A stretch of DNA of 64,000 bases from a bacterium. Lineage in GTDB: Bacteria; Bacillota_I; Bacilli_A; RFN20; CAG-826. The DNA is taken from positions 26,953 through 90,952 of the forward strand of contig CAVDSY010000022.1 in NCBI GenBank assembly GCA_963611815.1. The letters run 5' to 3'. Shown piece after piece: positions 35,949 to 43,191 of the stretch (position 1 is its first letter; every line of letters starts with the position of its first letter). The notes below the pieces were generated by a model that worked only from the letters and a program-made list of their open reading frames with translations, was not told the origin of the DNA and did no database searches. A program made the translations under genes and the position numbers.

Positions 35949-36205
35949 AGCCCTCTTCTATTTAAGGGGGTTTAGGTGGGTTTCTGTAACTTACATCCCC
36001 GTTTCTGAAAATAAGTTATAAAAAAGGATCCGCCCCAAATCGGGGCGGATTTTTCGTCAGTCAAAAGCCCTTCTTCGAGTAGGTCAGGATGAGGAGTATC
36101 CTCTTTCGGAACCTCGAGAAATTGAGGCATCCGTTGGATATCGTCTTGAGGGTCTTGGCGTCTTTGTTCCTCTCTTCGGCGATGGCGTTGGAGAAGCGCT
36201 CCCCA
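35949..36205 (-). mobile_element. 257-bp fragment (right end plus last 48 transposase codons) of the ISL3-family element, inverted relative to the full copy
   Basis: Hand alignment: the reverse complement of 40018-40274 matches 35949-36205 with 5 mismatches and no indels. The match includes the IS terminal sequence and the terminator hairpin ATCCGCCCC/GGGGCGGAT. Confidence 0.85.
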
Positions 36206-36295
36206 ATTTTGGATGGTGCGGAATGGTATGCCGTACCGCGAGGCGAATTCGCTTTGAGTGTCGCCTGGTCGTTTTCTCAATTCATAAATGCCCAT
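36203..36295 (-). pseudogene. N-terminal 31 codons of an XRE-type HTH regulator, cut off at the IS-fragment junction
   Basis: MGIYELRKRPGDTQSEFASRYGIPFRTIQNW is a typical small HTH start (..TQ.EFA...GIP.RTIQNWE..). Downstream of W31 the frame runs into IS-internal sequence. Confidence 0.5.
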
Positions 36296-36404
36296 GGGAA
36301 TTTCCTATGAATAAAACACACCCAATGAGTGCATTTATGAATATCTTTTGTCCGTCTGTGCGTTTTTGATCAAAAAAGGATATTTTTTGAGCCGTCGATT
36401 GTCC

Positions 36405-36428
36405 TGAAAAGCCCCGTCCGACGGGGCT
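36405..36428 (-). terminator. Rho-independent terminator after the RDD-family gene
   Basis: GCCCCG (36411-36416) pairs with CGGGGC (36422-36427). On the - strand it is followed by TTTTCAG. Confidence 0.6.
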
Positions 36429-36469
36429 TAGGATTGAAAAAGACAAGTGAATTGACCGAAGCCAAAGGC

Positions 36470-37765
36470 TCAGGAATCCTTGTGACGGTTCTCGTATTCG
36501 TCGAAGGAGACGATCGTGGAGGCCTCTCTTCTTGCTTGGCCTATCGTCGAGGAGTCGAGGATCGTCTCCTCGCTTATGGTGGAGGAGTGGGCTGAGAGAG
36601 GCGAAGCTTCTTCGCCGGGCTCTTTGCCTTTGTCTTCCTCGCAAAGCCCGGCGACGTTGGACTCTGGGTGGGAAGCGACGTAGTTCTCTTCCTCTTCTTC
36701 GTTTGCGAACCACACGCTTTCTTTGGCGTCGATGACGAGGGTCCTCGCCACTTTGTCGTGGAGGGAGGTGTGGGTTTTGGAGAGGATGAGCGAGAGGTAA
36801 TCGATGAGGAAGATGAGAGCCATCGCCATGATGCCTAGCATGGTGCTCGGGATGAGAAGGCATTCCCAGACGACGGCGATTATAGCGCAGTGGATGGCGA
36901 TGTTGAGTTTCTTCGCCTTATAGCCGTCGCCGCCGATTATCGCCGTCCTCGCGATCAGCTTGCCTAGGCTTCTGCCGTTAGGGACGCAGAGGGGGATGAT
37001 GAAGAAGAAGATAAGAGGGGAGAGGATGAAACTGGGGAGGAAAGAAATATAGCGCTTCATGCCAATTGCGCTTTGGAGGGCGAGGAAATGAGGCTGGGCG
37101 GAAAGGTGCGCGACGGCCTCGTAATAAGGCCCGGTGCGGTCGTCGCTGTTGGCGAAATAGTTCTTGAGGTTGGTCAGTTTGAGGGTGTCTAGCTCCCCTT
37201 TGTAGGCATCGACGAGCCTGACGTCGTAGGGGTCGGCGGTGGTCTCGTCGAGGATGAAGTAGGGGTCGCTGTTTTCGCTTATCTGGGTTCCATCCTCATT
37301 CAGCTTATAGACTTTCTTAAGGACGAACTTGCTAATGCTTTCGCTATCGTATTTGCCATCGCTGCCCATTGCAACGCCATCGTCCTCGTTGAAGACGGCT
37401 CCGTAATCCCCGGGGATGAAGACGGTGTAATAATGGATGATGGCCTCTTGATAGCGTTCCCAGCCGGCCTTGCCGTCTTTGACGCTTTCATCGTAAGCCA
37501 GAAAAGTCCCCGCCGAATCCCCTTGGGTGAGCTCGCAGCCTTTGATGAAGGAGGTGTACTCATCGTAGGTGGCCTGGTAATTCTGCGCGGGGAGAAGCAC
37601 AGGCTTGCCGAAAGCGTAGTAGAGGATGAAGATCATCGCTACGGTGAAGATGGTGTCCAAAAGGAAGGCGAGAGTGGTTTTGCCATAGCTCGCGGGGTGT
37701 ACGTAACTGGGGGTTTTTTCTTTCATGGGGAACATAATAAAACAAGGGTAACTCTTTGACCACAA
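36470..37765 (-). CDS. RDD-family integral membrane protein with a large loop and an acidic C-terminal tail
   Basis: RDD-like segments (..YGKTTLAFLLDTIF.., ..GRSLGKLIARTAIIG.DG..). The start is uncertain, with in-frame ATGs at 37735 and 37726. The tail is rich in E, S and D. Confidence 0.6.
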   Translation of the reverse strand: MWSKSYPCFIMFPMKEKTPSYVHPASYGKTTLAFLLDTIFTVAMIFILYYAFGKPVLLPAQNYQATYDEYTSFIKGCELTQGDSAGTFLAYDESVKDGKAGWERYQEAIIHYYTVFIPGDYGAVFNEDDGVAMGSDGKYDSESISKFVLKKVYKLNEDGTQISENSDPYFILDETTADPYDVRLVDAYKGELDTLKLTNLKNYFANSDDRTGPYYEAVAHLSAQPHFLALQSAIGMKRYISFLPSFILSPLIFFFIIPLCVPNGRSLGKLIARTAIIGGDGYKAKKLNIAIHCAIIAVVWECLLIPSTMLGIMAMALIFLIDYLSLILSKTHTSLHDKVARTLVIDAKESVWFANEEEEENYVASHPESNVAGLCEEDKGKEPGEEASPLSAHSSTISEETILDSSTIGQARREASTIVSFDEYENRHKDS

Positions 37766-37888
37766 AAAGTGGATTCCTGCGACTAGGCGCTAGGAAATCG
37801 CGATTTCCGCATAGCTTTGCCTCATTCTGCGAAAACCCTTCTTGGGACTTAAGGAAGCAAACTCCCGTCTTTTGACGTGGAATGCGCT

Positions 37889-38857
37889 TCAGATGATCGT
37901 CCGCACAAAGCAATACTCCTCCATTTCCTTCGGCGAATCGTTGTCCCCGTTCCGGAAACGGTCTTCGAAATGCTCGGGTCCGACGAGGACGTCTTCCCCT
38001 CCGTTATGATGGGGGCCCATGCAATTGCGGGGCGATATGGTCAAGGCGATCTCGATCTTGTTTTTGCCAGGGTGGAGGTAAGGGGAAAGGTCAAAGCGGT
38101 AGGAGAACATCGAGCCTGGCACTTTTTGCCCGTTCACGGAGAGGCGAACGGTTTGGAAGCGCTTCTCGATGACTAGGCAAGAGGAGGCCTCTTCTGCCTC
38201 TATCTCGCCATCAAGGACGATCCTGCCGTGGAAAAAGGGGAATCCATCCTCGATTAGGCTGACTATCTCTTCCTTCTGTTTGGCGATGAAGAAGTTCTTC
38301 CCGAAGGCCGTCTCCTCTTTCTCGCCCTTTCTGAATTCGCCATAAACCCCGAAATCCCCTTTGAGGTAGATCGGTTCGATGTTGCTGTCATAGACGAGGC
38401 AGTTTCTGAGGCTTTCGGTGACGTTCTCGCCGAAGAGGGCATAGTAGACGGAGTCTTTCTGGAAGTAATCCATTTTGAGAACGACCTCGTTTTCCCCTTC
38501 CTTGAGTTTGGAAGAGACATCGTAGGCGCGGAGGGCGCTTTCGTATTCAGAGGCTTCATAGGCATCAAGTTCGCTCCCATTTAAGAAGAGGGAAAGAAGC
38601 CTCGTCCCTTCGACTTCGAGAAGGCAATGCGAGGGCAATTCCTTGGCCTCGAACGAATACTTTACCCAAAGCGGACCCGCGTAGCGCGCCTTAAGAAGGT
38701 CGGCGAAGGCGTCAAGGTGGTATTGGGGCGAGGTGAAGCTTTCCCCATCCAGCGAATACTGGACGCGGTCGATGGTCAGGATGTTATCAACCTTTTCTTT
38801 AAGGCGATATGACGGCTCAACTCTTTTTATGTGGGGCGAAATTTCTATTAGTCCCAC
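37889..38857 (-). pseudogene. C-terminal part of a protein with two galactose-binding-like (GH2 sugar-binding type) domains, probably 5'-truncated by the IS
   Basis: Two ..LNG/VNG....(14-20 aa)..L..GEN/KNKIE.. jelly-roll-like modules. The GTG start and the first ~15 codons lie inside the candidate left IS end (38814-38836). No SD. Confidence 0.45.
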
Positions 38858-38983
38858 ACAAAAAGAAGGCGTTCTGAGAAATCAGGCCACGCCGGAATTT
38901 TTTGATTGACGTCTCGGGCGTTTGCGAAAAACAAAAGGCCTCCTAGACTTGGGGTGGTGTTAAAACCAAGAAAGGAGACCTGT

Positions 38984-40162
38984 ATGGATTCTAACACTTT
39001 TTTGCTGCTGTTCGGGCTTGACCCCGAGCAGTTCGAGCGCGCCGGCACGGCCGTCGAGGCGCTCGATGGGGGCGGCTGGGCCCTCAGCCTGACCCAAAGG
39101 CAGGACGAGCGCGAATGCCCCTCCTGCCACAGCTCTTCGGCGTGCGTCGTCCACGACCACTACGCCCAGAAGATCAGGGCGAAGATGCCCGACGGCGGCA
39201 TGGGGACGAAGCTCGCCATCAAGGCGGACCTCCGCAAGACGCGGACCTTCACCCAGATCGCGGGCGATTACGGAATCGCCGTCTCGAGGGTGATCTCGCT
39301 CTTCGACGAGCTCTACCCGTCCGTCCCGCGCCTCCGCCTCCCGGAGGCCCTCTGCATCGACGAGATCCTCTTCTCGGAGAGGGTGGAGGGCAAATACCCC
39401 TCGCTCCTCTACGACTTCGACACGAGGGAGATCGTGGACATTTGCCCGTCCCGCCAGAAGGCTTGGCTGGAGCAGTATTTCTCGAAAATCCCCGAGGGGG
39501 AGCGGAAAAGGGTGAAGCACTTCGTCTCGGACATGTACGACGAGCACCACCGCGTGGCGAGGAAGCTCTTCCCCGGCGCGATGCGCGTCGTCGACCTCTT
39601 CCACGTCGTCGAGCAGCTGGCCGACGCCGTGAGGAGGCTGCGCGCGAACCTCATGAACTCCATGCCGAGGGACAGCTTCGAGTACGGCTTCATGAAGTCG
39701 AGGTGGAAGGTCTTCGAGGCCCGCCAGGCGGCGATACCCGACTCCTACTACACGCGCAGATCGGACGGCGTCGCGATGAAATGCTTCGACGCGCTGATGC
39801 TCTGCCTCCGCAAATCGCCGAGCCTATGGGACGGCTGGTCGATTCTGCAAGAGCTCTACGATTGGCACGATTGCAGGACGTTCACCGAGGCGTCGGATTT
39901 CGTGGAGAGGATCGCGTCCAAGCTGCTGAACGCATCCTCCGAGGACCTCAGGAAAGTAGGCAGGACCTACCGAAAATGGAAGGCCGAGATAGCCAACTCG
40001 CTCGCCGGGAACCAGGCTGGGAAGCGCTTCTCCAACGCCATCGCCGAAGAGAGGAACAAAGACGCCAAGACCCTCAAGACGATATCCAACGGATGCCTCA
40101 ATTTCTCGAGGTTCCGAAAGAGGATACTCCTCATCCTGACCTACTCGAAGAAGGGCTTTTGA
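38984..40162 (+). CDS. ISL3-family transposase
   Basis: ATG at 38984 with AAGGAG upstream. N-terminal CPSC zinc motif, HTH (RTFTQIAGDYGIAVSRV), and a DDE region (..LCIDE.., ..FVSDMY.., ..NAIAEERN..). 392 aa. Confidence 0.85.
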   Translation: MDSNTFLLLFGLDPEQFERAGTAVEALDGGGWALSLTQRQDERECPSCHSSSACVVHDHYAQKIRAKMPDGGMGTKLAIKADLRKTRTFTQIAGDYGIAVSRVISLFDELYPSVPRLRLPEALCIDEILFSERVEGKYPSLLYDFDTREIVDICPSRQKAWLEQYFSKIPEGERKRVKHFVSDMYDEHHRVARKLFPGAMRVVDLFHVVEQLADAVRRLRANLMNSMPRDSFEYGFMKSRWKVFEARQAAIPDSYYTRRSDGVAMKCFDALMLCLRKSPSLWDGWSILQELYDWHDCRTFTEASDFVERIASKLLNASSEDLRKVGRTYRKWKAEIANSLAGNQAGKRFSNAIAEERNKDAKTLKTISNGCLNFSRFRKRILLILTYSKKGF

Positions 40163-40170
40163 CTGACGAA

Positions 40171-40203
40171 AAATCCGCCCCGATTTGGGGCGGATCATTT
40201 TTT
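40171..40203. terminator. Bidirectional terminator hairpin inside the IS right arm
   Basis: AAAAATCCGCCCC-gatt-TGGGGCGGATcaTTTTTT. It can serve the transposase (+ strand) and, read from the other strand, fba (-). Confidence 0.65.
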
Positions 40204-40287
40204 ATAACTTATTTTCAGAAACGGGGATGCAAGTTACAGAAACCCACCTAAACCCCCTTAAATAGAAGAGAGCCGGTTTTCCTTTGT

Positions 40288-41169
40288 TTAGCAGGCTTTG
40301 CCGATGGAACCGAAGAGATCCATCTTTTCTTTGACCGTGGCTTTGATGGCCTCAAAGCCGGGCTTGAGAAGCTTGCGGGGATCGTAGCCTTTGGAGGTGT
40401 TCTCCGCGGTCGGGTCGGCCTTGCCGGCCTTGCAGTAAGCGATGGTTGCTTCGGCGAAGGCAAGCTGGCACTCGGTGTTGACGTTGATCTTGCTCATGCC
40501 TCCGGCGATGGCTTTCTTGATCATGTCCTTGGGGATGCCGGTGCCGCCATGGAGGACGAGGGGCACCTCGCCGGTGACCTCATCGATTTTCGCGAGGGCG
40601 TCGAAATGGAGCCCGGTCCAGTTGCTTGGGTAGATGCCGTGGATGTTCCCGATGCCGGCGGCGAGGAAATCGATGCCGGTTTTGATCATCGCGGAAGCCT
40701 GGGCGGGGTCGGCGACTTCGCCTTGCCCGGTGACGCCGTCTTCGGTGCCGCCGATTGAGCCGATCTCAGCTTCGAAGCTGAGGCCCTTGTCGTGGGCGAG
40801 CTTGACGAGCTCGGCGGTCTTCTTGAGATTCTCTTCGAAGGGGAGGGAGCTGCCATCGAACATGACGGAGGTGAAGCCCGCCTCGATGCAGGCCCTGACC
40901 CCGGCTTCGGTGCCGTGATCGAGATGCAAGGCGACCGGGACGGTGATGCCGAGCGATTCGTCGAGGGCTTTCACCATCGCGACGACCACTTTGAAGCCGC
41001 CCATGTATTTGCCCGCGCCTTCGCTGACGCCGAGGATGACCGGCGAGTTGTTTTCCTGCGCGGTGAGAAGAATGGCTTTGGTCCATTCGAGGTTGTTGAT
41101 ATTGAAATGCCCGACGGCATAGTGGCCTTCGTGAGCTTCTTTCAACATTCTTGTTGCATTCACTAACAT
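40288..41169 (-). CDS. fba: Class II fructose-1,6-bisphosphate aldolase
   Basis: ..GHYAVGHFNINNLEW.., LHLDHG, VLHGGTG motifs. SD AGGAGG upstream. Confidence 0.95.
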   Translation of the reverse strand: MLVNATRMLKEAHEGHYAVGHFNINNLEWTKAILLTAQENNSPVILGVSEGAGKYMGGFKVVVAMVKALDESLGITVPVALHLDHGTEAGVRACIEAGFTSVMFDGSSLPFEENLKKTAELVKLAHDKGLSFEAEIGSIGGTEDGVTGQGEVADPAQASAMIKTGIDFLAAGIGNIHGIYPSNWTGLHFDALAKIDEVTGEVPLVLHGGTGIPKDMIKKAIAGGMSKINVNTECQLAFAEATIAYCKAGKADPTAENTSKGYDPRKLLKPGFEAIKATVKEKMDLFGSIGKAC

Positions 41170-41250
41170 GTTGAAACTTTCCTCCTGTTGTGAGCGGACA
41201 TATTATGGTTCCTTCCGCCCATCGTTTCAATTTAAAAGGGCGGCCTTTCC

Positions 41251-43191
41251 TTAGATTTTGATGCCTTTGGCCTGAATCTGGCTCTCGTAGGTGTCAATCT
41301 GGCCGTCGAGGGAGAGTTCCTTGAACTGGTCCATGTAGAGGGAATAGTAGGCGCCTTTCTTCTCCATCAGCTCCTTGTGGCTGCCTTGCTCTTTTATCTC
41401 GCCCTTGTCGAGGACGACGATGGTGTCGCAGTCGACGATCGTGGAGAGGCGGTGGGCGATGAGGATGGAGGTCCTGCCTTTTAGAAGGCGCAGAAGCGCG
41501 CTTTGGACTTCCTTCTCAGTCTCGGTGTCTATAGAGGAAGTGGCCTCGTCGAGGATCAGGATCTCAGGGTCGCGGACGAGGGCGCGGGCGAAGCTGATGA
41601 GTTGCTTCTGACCCTGGCTCAGCATGTCGCCGCCTTCGTTGAGAACGGTGTCATAGCCGTTCTTCTGAGAGCGGATGAAGGAGTCGATGCCGACGATTTT
41701 TGCGGCGTTCACGATCTGCTCCATGGTGGCGTTAGGGGAGCCGTAGGCGATGTTGTCCTTGAAGGAAGAGCTGAAGACGAAGGGGGTCTGCTGGACGTAG
41801 CCGATCTTCGAGCGGAGGTAGCCCAAGGTGTATTCTCGGTAATCCTTGCCGTTGACGATTACTGAGCCGGAGGTCGGCTCATAGAAACGGCAGAGCAGGT
41901 TCACCAGGGTGCTCTTGCCGCTGCCCGTCTCGCCGACGATGGCGAGGGATTTGCCTTCTTTCACGGTTAGATTGAGCCCATGGATGACTTCGGGGCCGGT
42001 CTTGTAGGAAAAATGGATGTCCTTGTAGACGATGTCGCCTTTGATGGATTCGTAGACGCTTTCCTTGGGATTCAGCAGCTCGCCGTATTTGGCGATGGCC
42101 TCCTTCGAGTCGACGATGTCGCTTTTCGTCTCGAGGAGCTGGATTATCTTCTCCGCCCCGGCTTGGGTTGCCATGAACTCCGAGAAGGTGCTTGAAAGGC
42201 TTTGCAGCGGCGAATAGATGTCCTGGGTGAAGCCGATGAAGAGGACGATGGTGGCGGAAAGAGAGGCTTCCTCTATCCCGATGAAGTCGTTCCAATAGAA
42301 CCCGGCGACGAGGAGAAGGGCGATCATGAGGGAAGAGCACATGGAGACAATCGGCTCGAAGAAGGCGTTGATCTTCTCCGCTTTGAGACGCTTGGCCTTG
42401 ATGTTGCTCAAAATGTCGTCGGCCTCTTTCTGGACCTGATCTTCCATGGCGAGGGTCTTGATGGTCTTGGCCCCGGATATGCCTTCGCTCAGCCATCCGA
42501 CAAAGGCGCTGTAGGAGTGGCGCGCCTCGCGGTGGGCCACCAAAAGCTTCTTCTCGATTATCGGGATGAAGATGGCCATCAAAGGGACGGAGATGGAGAC
42601 GATGAGCGAGAGCTTCCAGTTGATCGAGTACATCGTGATGAGAGCGAAGACGAGGTCGAAGCCGCTCCAAAGGACGTTGGAGAGGTTCCAGGAGAGGATG
42701 TCCCCGATCGAGGAAGTGTCGTTCTGCATCCTGGCTATCAGCCAGCCGGAGGAAGTGGTGTCGAAATAGGAGAAAGGGAGCTCCTGGACTTTCTTAAAAG
42801 TGTCTCTCCTCAAAGAGGTGACGATGTCCAAGGAAAGGAGGTTGATGAGATAGAAGCTCAGGAATATCGCGACTGAGCGCGCGAGTATCATCCCTAGCTG
42901 CAGGAAGAGGAAGCCCCAGTAGGTGAGGCGGATGTGGATGCCGAAGATGAGAGTGGCCTCCAATATCAGGTCGCTGAAATCCTCGATCATGCCGTAGGAG
43001 TCGCTCGCGGCTTGGATCGCGGCGGCGTTCATCGTGGGGACGAAGCTAGAGTCGTAGAAGGTAATGATGAGGGTGAGGCAAAGGAGAAGAACGATCGTCG
43101 GCCATCTCCTGAAGGCGTATTTCCCGATCTTCAGCCAAACGGAAAGGTTCAGCTTGTCGGGCAGTTTCTCTTCCTGGAATCCGCTGCTCAT
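41251..43191 (-). CDS. ABC exporter, fused permease/ATPase (second pair, subunit B)
   Basis: Walker A GETGSGKST, signature LSQGQKQ, Walker B ILILDEATS. It overlaps the upstream partner by 4 nt. Confidence 0.9.
   Translation of the reverse strand: MSSGFQEEKLPDKLNLSVWLKIGKYAFRRWPTIVLLLCLTLIITFYDSSFVPTMNAAAIQAASDSYGMIEDFSDLILEATLIFGIHIRLTYWGFLFLQLGMILARSVAIFLSFYLINLLSLDIVTSLRRDTFKKVQELPFSYFDTTSSGWLIARMQNDTSSIGDILSWNLSNVLWSGFDLVFALITMYSINWKLSLIVSISVPLMAIFIPIIEKKLLVAHREARHSYSAFVGWLSEGISGAKTIKTLAMEDQVQKEADDILSNIKAKRLKAEKINAFFEPIVSMCSSLMIALLLVAGFYWNDFIGIEEASLSATIVLFIGFTQDIYSPLQSLSSTFSEFMATQAGAEKIIQLLETKSDIVDSKEAIAKYGELLNPKESVYESIKGDIVYKDIHFSYKTGPEVIHGLNLTVKEGKSLAIVGETGSGKSTLVNLLCRFYEPTSGSVIVNGKDYREYTLGYLRSKIGYVQQTPFVFSSSFKDNIAYGSPNATMEQIVNAAKIVGIDSFIRSQKNGYDTVLNEGGDMLSQGQKQLISFARALVRDPEILILDEATSSIDTETEKEVQSALLRLLKGRTSILIAHRLSTIVDCDTIVVLDKGEIKEQGSHKELMEKKGAYYSLYMDQFKELSLDGQIDTYESQIQAKGIKI

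Larger units (their letters stand above)
38814..40274 (+). mobile_element. ISL3-family insertion sequence (about 1.46 kb)
   Basis: The right end, read inward, is GGCTCTCTTCTATTTAAGGGGG. The best left-end match is GGCTCAACTCTTTTTATGTGGGG at 38814-38836 (16 of 22 by hand). A weaker alternative left end is at 38868. The interior is clearly GC-richer than the flanks. No 8-bp direct repeats flank it. Confidence 0.75.

Noticed and set aside
36282-36863. 193-aa Arg/His-rich - strand ORF overlapping the 3' end of the RDD gene
   Set aside because: It is an alternative frame of the RDD gene's acidic tail with low-complexity basic translation. The same kind of artefact appears at 41879-42670, 43921-44496 and 45408-46076 inside the ABC and PAP2 genes.
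38868-38886. Alternative IS left end GGCGTTCTGAGAAATCAGG
   Set aside because: It matches the right-end sequence at only 11 of 19 positions, whereas the candidate at 38814-38836 matches at 16 of 22. It is kept only as a fallback.
38960-40251. 378-aa (+, alternative frame) and 214-aa (-) ORFs inside the IS
   Set aside because: High GC content suppresses stop codons. Their Arg/Pro/Gly-rich translations contrast with the transposase frame, which carries recognisable ISL3 motifs.
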